Shown: positions 28,181 to 38,290, counted from the stretch's first letter. The stretch is DNA of 64,000 nucleotides from an uncultured Christensenella sp. (GCA_910577375.1 CAJTLT010000001.1:291426-355425), one strand, 5' to 3'. The notes: generated by a model from the letters alone, not told the origin. Translations and numbers: made by a program.

Positions 28181-29066
28181 AATTTTTTATATATGGATTA
28201 ACATGAACTGTTATATGTTTAACCAAAGGAAAATTTTCTTCTATTCCGCTATGCACCTCTTCGGCTATTTCATGCGCTGAACATAATGATAAATTACTGT
28301 CACAGGCAATTTCAACTATAACGTATATACGATTGCCGAACAATCTAGTCATTAAATCATCAATACGCTCCACTCCGCTGCACGATAATATAAAATTTCT
28401 TATTTCTTCTTCAGTTTTTTCATCGCAAGATTCATCTGTCATTTTTTTGATTGCATCAATAAATATTTTGACAGCAGCAATAATTATCATTAGGCAAATT
28501 ATAATACTTGCAATACTGTCAAGAATTGGTACGCCATACATTGCTCCTATTACTCCAGCCAAGCTCCCTATTGAAGACAATGCGTCTGTTCGGTGGTGCC
28601 ATGCGTCAGCTTTTAATGCCGATGAATTAACTTTTTTTGCCGCGACAAGAGTGTACCAGAACATGGCTTCTTTTGTTACAATTGAAACAGCCGCGGCAAT
28701 TAACGCAATAGTTTTCGGGGTTTCAAAGTTTAAATATTCACCTGATATAATAGTTTCTATACCGGCATATCCTATACCAGCCCCAGTTGCAAAAAGCACA
28801 ACCGCAAGTATAATAGCGGCAACGCATTCAAATCTTTCATGACCAAACGGATGCTTTTTATCTGGTTTTTTTGCCGAAACTTTAACGCCGAGTAAAACTA
28901 TTATAGTTGAAAAAACGTCGGACGCAGAATGTATTGCATCCGATATAAGCGCCATTGACGCGCCAAAAATGCCGGCAGAAAGCTTAAACAGGCTAAGCAA
29001 AAAATTAATTATTATCGTTACTATCGAAGTTTTTACGGCTATTTTTTCTAAGTCAGAAGTTTGCAA
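28179..29066 (-). CDS. Cation diffusion facilitator (CDF) family metal efflux transporter
   Basis: 295 aa with 6 TM, DAIHSASDV and DAWHHRTDALSS (the H/D-x3-D metal sites of CzcD/FieF-type CDFs) and a C-terminal cytoplasmic domain. TTG start with SD GGAGA. Confidence 0.85.
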   Translation of the reverse strand: MQTSDLEKIAVKTSIVTIIINFLLSLFKLSAGIFGASMALISDAIHSASDVFSTIIVLLGVKVSAKKPDKKHPFGHERFECVAAIILAVVLFATGAGIGYAGIETIISGEYLNFETPKTIALIAAAVSIVTKEAMFWYTLVAAKKVNSSALKADAWHHRTDALSSIGSLAGVIGAMYGVPILDSIASIIICLMIIIAAVKIFIDAIKKMTDESCDEKTEEEIRNFILSCSGVERIDDLMTRLFGNRIYVIVEIACDSNLSLCSAHEIAEEVHSGIEENFPLVKHITVHVNPYIKN

Positions 29067-29105
29067 GGTTTCTCCGAATTTTTGTCAAAATAAGTTTAAA
29101 ATAAA

Positions 29106-29134
29106 TTGACAATATATTCTTTTTTAAATATAAT
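29106..29134 (+). promoter_or_regulatory. Consensus SigA promoter for tRNA-Thr
   Basis: Exact TTGACA-17 nt-TATAAT, 16 nt upstream of the tRNA 5' end. Confidence 0.7.
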
Positions 29135-29150
29135 AATTTAGGTAAGTAAT

Positions 29151-29226
<76 letters not shown>

Positions 29227-29230
29227 CAGA

Positions 29231-29259
29231 AGAAACCGCTATATTAGCGGTTTCTTTTA
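29231..29259 (+). terminator. Intrinsic terminator after tRNA-Thr
   Basis: agaaaccgct-atatt-agcggtttct followed by tttat. Confidence 0.75.
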
Positions 29260-29496
29260 TTTATAATATTATTTGCTATTATATACATTGTATTTTAATT
29301 TGTCAAACTGAAATTTTAATTGCTCATTATTTATGGTAAATTTGAAAAGATTTCTTATACTAATGTTTTCAATATATGCAAAAAGTACTTGTCTTTGTCT
29401 AAAATTATTTTTCTGACAAAATTATATTGAAAAATATTTTATACTACTCTTATTCTTTGTATTATTTAAAGTAAATTAAATTTTTAAATTTATTCT

Positions 29497-29525
29497 ATAA
29501 AAAAGCCGCACAGTTGTGCGGCTTT
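29497..29525 (-). terminator. Intrinsic terminator of the 113-aa gene
   Basis: aaagccgcac-agtt-gtgcggcttt. On the minus strand it is followed by a T-run. Confidence 0.75.
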
Positions 29526-29535
29526 AATTATTTGT

Positions 29536-29877
29536 TTATTTTGTACGTTTAAGATGAGCTATCCTTATTAATTTACGCGGTTTCTCTTCTTTATGTTCTT
29601 CCTTTACAACAGCTTTTTCAAAAACAGCTTTATCGATTTCAACATCAAGACCTTCTGATTGTTTCATTTTTACATAAGCATGCGCACAAGGATATTGCAA
29701 ACTTTTATCGCAAAAATCACAAAAAGGCGCATATTCGCCGCACAAATCGCGTTTAAGTCTCTGACTGTTTATAATTTTATCAACATCAATTACCGCCTGA
29801 AGATTTATAAGATTTTCTTTAGAAAGCGTATTTGGCATAGATAAAAGCAATTGCAAAGGCGCTTGGCTGTTCCACAT
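29536..29877 (-). CDS. Hypothetical 113-aa protein with a Cys/His cluster and basic C-terminus
   Basis: SD AAGGAG 8 nt upstream, with its own promoter and terminator. Motif C46-x7-C54-x2-C57-x8-C66-x-H68. No family recognised. Confidence 0.55.
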   Translation of the reverse strand: MWNSQAPLQLLLSMPNTLSKENLINLQAVIDVDKIINSQRLKRDLCGEYAPFCDFCDKSLQYPCAHAYVKMKQSEGLDVEIDKAVFEKAVVKEEHKEEKPRKLIRIAHLKRTK

Positions 29878-29904
29878 AATAAAATTTCTCCTTTATTGAA
29901 TATT

Positions 29905-29933
29905 ATTATACAATATAAAACATATTTTTTCAA
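29905..29933 (-). promoter_or_regulatory. Candidate promoter of the 113-aa gene
   Basis: The minus strand reads TTGAAA-17 nt-TATAAT, immediately after the pfkB-type kinase stop. Confidence 0.55.
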
Positions 29934-29937
29934 GCAT

Positions 29938-30864
29938 TTAACTAATTTCTTTTACCGACAAAGCGGAAAGAATTTCATTAAATTTAGTTTTACTGAAAGA
30001 TATGCTGTTTGGCGAAGTAACGGATGCCGTACCTGCCGCAACTCCGTATTTCAAAATGTCTTGCAAAGGACAATTTTTTACCATTGCATATGTTGCGGCC
30101 GCAACCATAGCGTCGCCTGCGCCAAGGGTTGAATTCATTGCAACATTAACGCTTTTACTGTAATAGCTGAAATGTCCGTCGGTTATTATTGCTCCCTTTT
30201 TCCCAAGTGATAATAATACGCGTTTTGCTCCCATCGCTATAAGCTCTTTGCAAGCGTCAAATATTTCTGTTTTGCTTTTTATTTTTCTTTTCAGAGTACG
30301 TTCCAACTCATCCAAATTAGGTTTTACAAGGTCTAAGCCGTATTTAAGCGAGCAAAAAAGTCTTTCACCTTCTGTATCCACAACTTTTTTGACTCCGTTA
30401 GGTATAGCTTTAAGAATATCTCCATAAAACTCTGCAGACATACCTTTCGCCAATCCGCCGGAAATTACCACAGCTTCGTAAGACGGTGATATTTGACTGA
30501 TAAGTTTTAATAATTCCTGTTGTTTTTCTTTGGTAATTTCAGCACTTATATCGTTGACTTCGGTAAGCATTGAGCGTTGGTCTATAAATTTGTAATTTTC
30601 TCTTACTCTGCCTTCATTCCATACAAATTTATAGGGCACACCTTCACGATGCAGCTCGATTTCAAATTGGTGTCCGTTCCCGTCATACATAAACCCTGTT
30701 GAAAATGCGTCTGCGCCAAGTCTGGCAATACCTATTGCAACATTAATTGCTTTACCTGTAAAAAATATTCTTTTACTTATAATAGTATTGCTTTTACCTA
30801 CACCGAGAGAATCAACCTCTATATTTACGTCTATACAAGGGCTAAGACATACCGTTAAAATCAT
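29938..30864 (-). CDS. PfkB-family sugar-phosphate kinase (1-phosphofructokinase / tagatose-6-P kinase-like)
   Basis: 308 aa: the N-terminus ILTVCLSPCIDV and the C-terminus NSTLGAGDAMVAA (PfkB signature 2). Confidence 0.8.
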   Translation of the reverse strand: MILTVCLSPCIDVNIEVDSLGVGKSNTIISKRIFFTGKAINVAIGIARLGADAFSTGFMYDGNGHQFEIELHREGVPYKFVWNEGRVRENYKFIDQRSMLTEVNDISAEITKEKQQELLKLISQISPSYEAVVISGGLAKGMSAEFYGDILKAIPNGVKKVVDTEGERLFCSLKYGLDLVKPNLDELERTLKRKIKSKTEIFDACKELIAMGAKRVLLSLGKKGAIITDGHFSYYSKSVNVAMNSTLGAGDAMVAAATYAMVKNCPLQDILKYGVAAGTASVTSPNSISFSKTKFNEILSALSVKEIS

Positions 30865-30892
30865 GCGAACCTCTTTTTTAATCTGCTACAAG

Positions 30893-30916
30893 ATAAAAGC
30901 CGCTTTATAGCGGCTT
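30893..30916 (-). terminator. Intrinsic terminator after pfkA
   Basis: aagccgct-ttat-agcggctt with a T-run on the minus strand. Confidence 0.65.
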
Positions 30917-30925
30917 AATGATTTA

Positions 30926-31888
30926 TTACATTGAAATCATTTGAAGTGTTTCATAAAGCTCGTAATTGAACTTTTTCTTCATGCTTACTGCTTCAATTAT
31001 ATCCATATCTATGATTTCATTTTTACGTATGCCTACAACTCTGTTGCCTATGCCGTCGTTCAAAAGTCTTACTGCTTTATTGCCGAACTGCGCCGCTAAC
31101 ATTCGGTCTGCCATAGAAGGCGAACCTCCGCGCTGTATATGTCCGATTGTTGTAGGTCGTACTGAATAAGTCGTTACAGATTGTAACTGTTTTGCAAATT
31201 CGTCTGCGGTACAAACACCTTCTGCAACCACGACTATATTTGAATGCTTGCCGTTCGCACGTGAACGGTTAATTTTCATAACAATATCGTCAAGGTCAAA
31301 AACAACTTCCGGAACTACTATAATTTCCGCTCCGCTTGCTATTCCTGCATATAAAGCTATATCGCCGCAACGTCTTCCCATAACTTCTACAACAGAAATT
31401 CTCTCATGAGACGTCATAGTATCACGAAGCTTGTTTATTACGTCTATGCAAGTATTTACTGCCGTATCGAAACCGAGAGTATAATCCGTATATTCAAGGT
31501 CATTATCTATTGTACCGGGAATACCTATTGTCGGAATACCGTATTCTTCTGAAAGACACTTTGCGCCTCTGAAAGAACCGTCGCCGCCGATAACGACAAG
31601 TCCGTCAATTCCCCTTGCTTCAAGCGTTTTGACTGCTCTTTTTTGTCCTTCTTTTGTCAGCATTTCAAGGCAACGTGCTGTTCTGAGCTTTGTTCCGCCT
31701 CTTTGTACAATATCAGATACGGAACGCATTTCCAATGCCACCATATCATCGTCAATAAGACCCTGATAGCCTCTCTCTATACCATATACTTCCATTCCGA
31801 AATATATAGCGGTTCTGACAACTGCACGAATACACGCATTCATACCGGGAGCATCGCCGCCGCTCGTAAGCAAGCCTATTCTTTTCAT
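30926..31888 (-). CDS. pfkA: ATP-dependent 6-phosphofructokinase
   Basis: 320 aa with MKRIGLLTSGGDAPGMNACIRAVVR, VVIGGDGSFRGA, PGTIDNDL and TTIGHIQRGG. Confidence 0.95.
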   Translation of the reverse strand: MKRIGLLTSGGDAPGMNACIRAVVRTAIYFGMEVYGIERGYQGLIDDDMVALEMRSVSDIVQRGGTKLRTARCLEMLTKEGQKRAVKTLEARGIDGLVVIGGDGSFRGAKCLSEEYGIPTIGIPGTIDNDLEYTDYTLGFDTAVNTCIDVINKLRDTMTSHERISVVEVMGRRCGDIALYAGIASGAEIIVVPEVVFDLDDIVMKINRSRANGKHSNIVVVAEGVCTADEFAKQLQSVTTYSVRPTTIGHIQRGGSPSMADRMLAAQFGNKAVRLLNDGIGNRVVGIRKNEIIDMDIIEAVSMKKKFNYELYETLQMISM

Positions 31889-31972
31889 AAAAACCTCCGA
31901 AAGGACTGAGTCCGTGCTTGGCTAACAGCCCGCTCCCCCGAACAGCACGGAAATTTTCATCATTCGCTAAAC

Positions 31973-32001
31973 ATTATAACAAAATAAATTAGAAAATACA
32001 A
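31973..32001 (-). promoter_or_regulatory. Candidate pfkA promoter (extended -10)
   Basis: The minus strand reads TTGTAT-17 nt-(TGT)TATAAT between the dnaE stop and pfkA. It predicts a leader of about 80 nt. Confidence 0.45.
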
Positions 32002-32029
32002 GGGATTTTGACAAAATTTTATCTTATAT

Positions 32030-35000
32030 TTACTCTACATATTTTATGTCTTTCTGTTCCAAAATTGCATACAATTCAGCCAAAAGTCCACGGCAATAGT
32101 TAATACCGGAAGTCAGCGTAAACCGTTTATCTTTTCTTAAAATTTTGCAAACCGTATTCCCTTCATAATTACTTAAAGTATTTAAAAGGTCATTAAAATC
32201 CTCTTCACTCAAATTTGACGTATTCAACCACAAAACTTCTTGTGAAATTTTTATATCTTCGCTTGCCGTTTGTTCCTTTTTATTTTCAGAAACACTGACT
32301 TCAGTCAAATCATCTACAATACATGTCAATCCTTTTTCGGGGTCAATTTCAAGTTTACCGGACATTTTAACAATTTTATCATTGCCAATAAAAGCTTTTA
32401 CTTTTTCATAAATCGCAGGAAAACAAACGCATTCCAAACTACCGTATACATCTTCAAGATTTAAAAAAGCCATAAAAGCGCCCGTCCGCTTTGTGGTTGT
32501 TCTCCTGAACGAACCGATTATTCCGGACATAGTAATACGCATACCATCTTTAATTCGATTATATGTTCTCGTTCCGTCTTCATCTTCCACATAATCGTCC
32601 ATTAATGAGCAGTCGAAATTACATCCTTCTATTGTATTCATATATTTTTCAAAAGGATGACCGCTTACATAAACACCCAAAACTTCTTTTTCTTTTGCAA
32701 GTTTTTCATTAAGTTCATATTCGGGAAGGTCAGGATAGTTTACGCCAAGCTTTTCATCTTCAATGAAATCGCCGAAAAGGCTCATTTGTGCGCTGTTTTT
32801 TTGCTTACTTATAGCTTTTGCCCGATTACAAAGCTCTTCATAAACTTCTGCAAGCTGAGAACGCGCAACATCCATTTCATCAAACGCTCCGGCTAAAATA
32901 AGCCCTTCAACAACTCTTGAATTTAACACGTCTATACATCTTGATATAAAGTCAGGGAAATCTTTAAATAAACCGTTTTGTTCACGCTCTCTTATTATTT
33001 CATCAATCAGCGCCTGCCCTGCTCCTTTTAAAGCCGAAAGACCAAAACGAATACCGTCATTTTCAACTTTGAATAAAGAACGGCTCTTATTTATATCCGG
33101 AGGCAACACTTTCATGCCTTTGTCTTTAAGGTAAATTACGTATTTTGTAATTTCGTCGATTTTGTTAAGTCTGTTATTTAAAAGCGCGCAAATAAATTCT
33201 TTACAGTAATACTTTTTCAGCCATGCGGTCTGATATGCCAAAGTCGCATATGCTGCCGCGTGTGATTTATTAAACGCGTAAGACGCAAAGCCCTCCATAT
33301 CGCCGAAAATTTTATTTGCAATATCTGCCGTTATTCCGTTATGAACACAACCGTCTATAGTGCTACCGTTAATATCGCTGACGCCGCCGTTTATAAATTT
33401 TTCTTTTTGCGCCATCAAAGTTTTTTTATCTTTTTTACCCATTGCGCGGCGGACCAAATCTGCCTCGCCAAGAGAGAATCCGGCTAAATCTTGGAAAATC
33501 TGCATAACTTGTTCCTGATAAACAGGTATGCCATATGTGACTTTAAGTATCTTTTCTTCTTGCGGACAATCATAAACAATCGGTTCTTGTCCGTGTTTTC
33601 GCGCACAGAAAGAATCAATAAATTTCATCGGTCCGGGACGATATAAAGAAACTCCCGCTATTAAATCTTCCAATGTATCGGGGCGCAGCGTCTTCATGAA
33701 CCTCTTCATTCCGCCCGCTTCAAGCTGGAACACCCCGTCGGTATCACCTTCGGAAATAAGCGCATAAGCCCCTTCATCTTTGTATCCTATTTGATTAAAA
33801 TCAATATCGCGGTTATAATTTTCTTTTATATAATCAACACATTTTTTTATGTCAGTTAAAGTAACCAACGCAAGAAAGTCCATCTTTAACATTCCGAGCG
33901 CTTCTATTTCTTTAGCGACAAACTGTGTTGTTATATCTTCACCGTTTCGTGAAAGCGGAACGTTATCCGCTATTCTTTTTTGACAAATAACAACGCCTGC
34001 TGCATGCATACCGGTTTGGCGCGGCATACCTTCGATTTTCAGCGCCATATCGATTACTCTACGCAACACATCGTCGGTTTCATAAATTTCACAAAATTCG
34101 TTATTCCGCGCGGCTTTCAGCTCTTGATATTTGCTTTCCAAATCGGCTTTTTTATCTTCATCGGTTTCTTTGTCGAATTTAGCTTTTGCTCCATCAATTC
34201 TTCTGCCCAAAAGGTCGCTGATGGAAGTTTTTCCGTCCATTATTTTGGTCAGCTTATCGGTTTCAGAATAAGGAACACGCATAACTCTGCCGACGTCTTT
34301 TATTGAGTTTTTTGCCGCCATTGTACCGAAAGTTACAATTTGGCATACGTTTTCAACTCCGTATTTTTGGCGGACATATTCAATAGTTTCTTCACGTCTG
34401 TCTGTACAAAAGTCAATATCAAAGTCGGGCATTGATACGCGGTCGGGATTAAGAAATCTTTCAAAAAGCAAATCATATTGTAGAGGTTCAACATCCGTAA
34501 TTCCTATTGAATATGCAACAATAGAACTTACGCCCGAACCTCTCCCCGGTCCTACAGGTATTCCCTGTTCTTTGGACCAGTTAATAAAATCCCACACAAC
34601 AAGATAATAATCGGCATAACCCATACCGCAAATTATGCCAAGTTCATATTCCGCCCTGTCAAGCTCTTTTTGTGAAAGCTCATCGCCATAGCGTTTTTTC
34701 AATCCTTCCGCAGTTAAATTTCTGAGATATTGTTCAGCCGATGACCCGTCTTCCGGATTGTATTCAGGTATTAAAGTTGTATCTTTTATCGGATAGCCTT
34801 TTTTATCAAGATTAAAAGCTTGTTCTGTAACTTTATCTGCAATTATTCTTGTATTGGCAATTGCTTGCGGGAAATTAGGAAAAAGCGAAAGCATTTCATC
34901 TCCCGTTTTAAAGTAGAACTCGTTGGTTGAAAACTTCATTCTTTTTGGGTCGTCAAGCTGCTTTTTCATCTGGATACACATAAGAACGTCTTGCATTTCG

Positions 35001-35629
35001 GCGTCTTCTTTTTCCAGATAATGCACGTCGTTTGTGGCAACCAACTCTGCGCCTATGTCGTTGGCGAGTTTAACTAAAAGCGGTAACACTGCTTTTTCTT
35101 CTTCAATACCGTGGTCTTGAATTTCAATATAGAAATCTTCGCCGAAAGTACTTTGTAAATCGAGGGCCATTTTCTTTGCACCCTCATAATCTCCGGCAAG
35201 CAATCTGCGCGGAATACCTCCGGCAAGACATGCCGAAAGACAGATTACCCCTTCGGAATGTTCTTTTAATGCTTTATAATCTATTTTCGGTTTATAATAA
35301 AAGCCGTCCACAAACGCCATAGAATCCAACTGGACAAGATTTTTATAACCCGCTTTATTTTTGGCAAGTAAAATTAAATGTTCGGCAGTGTTTGACGATT
35401 TATCGTTCATATCCGCAGTCATATAAAATTCACAACCGATTATGTATTTGATTCCGGCTTGAAAAGCTTTTTCAGCCAGTTGCAAAGTTCCGTACATATT
35501 TCCATGGTCGGTAATACAGACGGTATCTATAGCGTTTTTCTTGCAATAATCTATTAAATTATCAATTTTACATGCACCGTCCAACAAAGAATATTCGGTA
35601 TGAAGATGCAAATGTACGAAATCAGTCAT
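32030..35629 (-). CDS. dnaE: DNA polymerase III alpha subunit DnaE
   Basis: 1199 aa with an N-terminal PHP domain (FVHLHLHTEYSLLDGA), a Pol IIIa core (PDFDIDF), HhH and a C-terminal OB fold. Confidence 0.95.
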   Translation of the reverse strand: MTDFVHLHLHTEYSLLDGACKIDNLIDYCKKNAIDTVCITDHGNMYGTLQLAEKAFQAGIKYIIGCEFYMTADMNDKSSNTAEHLILLAKNKAGYKNLVQLDSMAFVDGFYYKPKIDYKALKEHSEGVICLSACLAGGIPRRLLAGDYEGAKKMALDLQSTFGEDFYIEIQDHGIEEEKAVLPLLVKLANDIGAELVATNDVHYLEKEDAEMQDVLMCIQMKKQLDDPKRMKFSTNEFYFKTGDEMLSLFPNFPQAIANTRIIADKVTEQAFNLDKKGYPIKDTTLIPEYNPEDGSSAEQYLRNLTAEGLKKRYGDELSQKELDRAEYELGIICGMGYADYYLVVWDFINWSKEQGIPVGPGRGSGVSSIVAYSIGITDVEPLQYDLLFERFLNPDRVSMPDFDIDFCTDRREETIEYVRQKYGVENVCQIVTFGTMAAKNSIKDVGRVMRVPYSETDKLTKIMDGKTSISDLLGRRIDGAKAKFDKETDEDKKADLESKYQELKAARNNEFCEIYETDDVLRRVIDMALKIEGMPRQTGMHAAGVVICQKRIADNVPLSRNGEDITTQFVAKEIEALGMLKMDFLALVTLTDIKKCVDYIKENYNRDIDFNQIGYKDEGAYALISEGDTDGVFQLEAGGMKRFMKTLRPDTLEDLIAGVSLYRPGPMKFIDSFCARKHGQEPIVYDCPQEEKILKVTYGIPVYQEQVMQIFQDLAGFSLGEADLVRRAMGKKDKKTLMAQKEKFINGGVSDINGSTIDGCVHNGITADIANKIFGDMEGFASYAFNKSHAAAYATLAYQTAWLKKYYCKEFICALLNNRLNKIDEITKYVIYLKDKGMKVLPPDINKSRSLFKVENDGIRFGLSALKGAGQALIDEIIREREQNGLFKDFPDFISRCIDVLNSRVVEGLILAGAFDEMDVARSQLAEVYEELCNRAKAISKQKNSAQMSLFGDFIEDEKLGVNYPDLPEYELNEKLAKEKEVLGVYVSGHPFEKYMNTIEGCNFDCSLMDDYVEDEDGTRTYNRIKDGMRITMSGIIGSFRRTTTKRTGAFMAFLNLEDVYGSLECVCFPAIYEKVKAFIGNDKIVKMSGKLEIDPEKGLTCIVDDLTEVSVSENKKEQTASEDIKISQEVLWLNTSNLSEEDFNDLLNTLSNYEGNTVCKILRKDKRFTLTSGINYCRGLLAELYAILEQKDIKYVE

Positions 35630-35638
35630 AATATTTCC

Positions 35639-36592
35639 TCAGTCAACGAGAGATAAAGCAATTTCGTTGATTTTTCTCATTCTGTGATTTAAACAACTCT
35701 TTGAAATTTTAAGCCTGTCGGCAAGTTCCTGCATTGAGGCATTTTTATCCGCTAAACGGCATTCGGCAACATCGAAAAGCGGTTTATCAAGGCTTTGAAG
35801 ACCGATAGTCTGTGAAATAATCTCTATCGCGCGCACTTGATTAACGGAAGCCGTAACTGTTTTATCGATATTAGAAACCGAACAGTTATTGACTCTGTTG
35901 TCATTATTTTGTTTTTCTTTTATTTCAACGACTTTGTTTAATTTGCCAAGGCTCTTTCTGCATCCTATAGCGTCTAAAATATCCGAAATAACCGCCTGGC
36001 TTTTTGCGTATACAACAACTTTATCTTTTCTTGCTACAAGTTTTGCCAGTATTTCAAACCCGCAAAGCAATTCACAAAAATCATTTGCAACAAGTTTATT
36101 TGAAAAAACGATTTCAAAATGATATCCTGTTCTGCTGAAGGCTCCTTCATCTGGCAAAGTACAGCTTCCTCCGCCCAAAAATGCGCCTTTAATATAATCA
36201 AGTTTGCTTTGCTCGTCAACAATCAACTTTTCGTCTATATTGAAAATCAAATATTTACCGTCACTGTCTTCGCCTACTATTCCTGTTTCAATCAAAAACT
36301 TTTCAGATATTTCGTTTGCGCATTCAAAAGCAAGCTTGTCCTTGCCGTTCATCAAATCTAAATTTGCACTTGAAACTATAGTATGAAGTCCGTATTCCTC
36401 CTCCAAAAGAGAAGTGAAATATTCGGCGGTTTTTTCGTTTTCTGTTACAATTTCAAATCCAAAACAACCGTTTTTTGAAATAATACTTCCGCTGGTACGT
36501 ATAAAAGCAGACAGAATTGCGTTTTTACTTTGGCGGCTTTTAACTGTTGTTGAAGTTATTTCATTTTTAATTTCTTCAGTAAAGTTCTGCAT
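35639..36592 (-). CDS. whiA: DNA-binding protein WhiA
   Basis: 317 aa with a degenerate LAGLIDADG-like double domain (AFIRTSGSI, GAFLGGGS) and a C-terminal HTH (MQELADRLKISKSCLNHRMRKI). Confidence 0.85.
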   Translation of the reverse strand: MQNFTEEIKNEITSTTVKSRQSKNAILSAFIRTSGSIISKNGCFGFEIVTENEKTAEYFTSLLEEEYGLHTIVSSANLDLMNGKDKLAFECANEISEKFLIETGIVGEDSDGKYLIFNIDEKLIVDEQSKLDYIKGAFLGGGSCTLPDEGAFSRTGYHFEIVFSNKLVANDFCELLCGFEILAKLVARKDKVVVYAKSQAVISDILDAIGCRKSLGKLNKVVEIKEKQNNDNRVNNCSVSNIDKTVTASVNQVRAIEIISQTIGLQSLDKPLFDVAECRLADKNASMQELADRLKISKSCLNHRMRKINEIALSLVD

Positions 36593-36593
36593 A

Positions 36594-37379
36594 TTATAAA
36601 TTTTTCGCTTTAAATTCTTTAAATCTGAAATTCGGTAATCTTCCTTCTATATTGTCAATTTGACTAAGAGGAACACATCCGTTTGATAACAGCTCGTCCG
36701 CAATTTTTGTATCACCTACTCGGTCTTGTGAATGCGCGTCTGAATCAATAACAAACCGTACTCCCGTTTGCGCCATTAAATTAAGTTCTTCCGCAGAAAC
36801 ATGCCTTTTTTTAGTGTTTATCTCAATATAAGTTCCATAGTCCGCACAACATTGTGCAACTTCTTTCAGATTGCAATAACATTTATAATTTATATGCGTA
36901 ATGATATCAATAGGATTATTTTTAATTGCGTTGATATAAGCTCGGGTAGTATTTTCAATAGTTTTTTGCGACGGTTTTTTACCGAATTTATATGCAGTAT
37001 AATTTTTAAACATAATATTACGCATATCAGAAAAAGTTTTGTATTTTAAAACCTCGTGAATCCCGCATAAATATAAATCAAAATATTGCAAATCACTTTG
37101 CCTTGTGTCGGTATCACCGTCAACGGAAATAAGGTTGCTTTCCATTCCCATTAAAACATTAACGCCGGTAAGCTTTTTTGCTTCTTCAATTTCTTTACGT
37201 AAATCTGCAATATTTTTACGTTTCAAACCAAATAACAGATGATTAAAACCGTGGTCGGTAATTCCGATTTCTTTTAATCCTAATTTTTTTGCCGCAGTCG
37301 CATTTTCCAATACTGTATTTTTTCCATGAGAATACGGAGTATGAGTATGATAATCAGCTGTAAGTTCCATTAAATTCAC
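36594..37379 (-). CDS. PHP-domain phosphoesterase (histidinol-phosphatase-like family)
   Basis: 261 aa with ADYHTHTPYSHG, GITDHG and IDSDAH metal-binding motifs. Confidence 0.7.
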   Translation of the reverse strand: MNLMELTADYHTHTPYSHGKNTVLENATAAKKLGLKEIGITDHGFNHLLFGLKRKNIADLRKEIEEAKKLTGVNVLMGMESNLISVDGDTDTRQSDLQYFDLYLCGIHEVLKYKTFSDMRNIMFKNYTAYKFGKKPSQKTIENTTRAYINAIKNNPIDIITHINYKCYCNLKEVAQCCADYGTYIEINTKKRHVSAEELNLMAQTGVRFVIDSDAHSQDRVGDTKIADELLSNGCVPLSQIDNIEGRLPNFRFKEFKAKNL

Positions 37380-38247
37380 CTATGTAAATAACTTCCTCTT
37401 CAAGCATTATGCCACAATTTTCAAAAACTTTACGTTTAACTTCTTTTATAAGATTATAAATATCCGAAGAAGAACAACCTTTATTAATTATAAAATTAGC
37501 GTGTTCGCTACTGATTTCGGCAGCTCCGCAAGACATCCCTTTTAATCCGGCATTATCAATTAATTTACCGGCACTATACCCAGTTGGATTTTTAAAAACA
37601 CATCCGCAGCTTTTACCAGAAGGAAGTATCTTTCTAGAATATAATTGTTGTTCAATATTTTTTTTGACTATGTCGCTGTCGGCATTGTTTACTTTGAGAT
37701 TTATATCTAGCACTAAGCATTTTATGTCACGCATAATACTATGTTTATTCCCAAATATACACTTTTCACTCAAAAAGTTGCACATCTCTCCGTCATAAAT
37801 AGTCACATTTGATATATTGTTTTCAATATGTCTTTCTCCGATTCCTCCGTTCATACAAGCAAGTCCGCCCATTGATGCAGGAATACCGGCAAGATATTCA
37901 AGACCGCTTAATCCTTTTGAAATACAAAATTTCATTAATTGATTTACAGTCGTACCGCTACCGCAACTTATTATTCCGTCAAAATAATTAATATTGTTTA
38001 AAAACTTTGTACATATAACGGCACCGTTGTACGGTTTGTCAGAAACAAGAACATTTGAACCTTTTCCTAAAATTACAAAATTTTCATAATTTTCTCTGAC
38101 ATAGTCAAATACAACAGTGCTTTCTTCTTGGTTTTTAGGATAGTATGCAATTTTTGCAGTACCGCCCAATCCATATGTAGTATGCTTGGAAAAACTGAAA
38201 TTTTCTTTCTTTTCTATTTTGCTTAATATTAAACTGTTATCTCGCAA
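37354..38247 (-). CDS. murB: UDP-N-acetylenolpyruvoylglucosamine reductase
   Basis: 297 aa with an FAD-binding domain (TTYGLGGTAK, ILGKGSNVLVSD) and SCGCVFKNP. TTG start with SD AGAGGTGAG. The 3' end overlaps the next gene by 26 nt. Confidence 0.9.
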   Translation of the reverse strand: MRDNSLILSKIEKKENFSFSKHTTYGLGGTAKIAYYPKNQEESTVVFDYVRENYENFVILGKGSNVLVSDKPYNGAVICTKFLNNINYFDGIISCGSGTTVNQLMKFCISKGLSGLEYLAGIPASMGGLACMNGGIGERHIENNISNVTIYDGEMCNFLSEKCIFGNKHSIMRDIKCLVLDINLKVNNADSDIVKKNIEQQLYSRKILPSGKSCGCVFKNPTGYSAGKLIDNAGLKGMSCGAAEISSEHANFIINKGCSSSDIYNLIKEVKRKVFENCGIMLEEEVIYIGEFNGTYS

Positions 38248-38290
38248 AACTCACCTCTTATATCATACCATTTTTTTGTGGTGTTTTCAA

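Noticed and set aside
28333-28842. 169-aa + strand ORF
   Set aside because: It is antisense to the CDF transporter gene, so it is a shadow ORF.
29067-29150. Searched for a NiCo/czcD-type riboswitch upstream of the CDF transporter
   Set aside because: Only about 84 nt are available. That stretch is AT-rich, unstructured and shared with the tRNA-Thr promoter. The facing TTGTCAA/TTGACAA boxes are best explained as -35-like elements.
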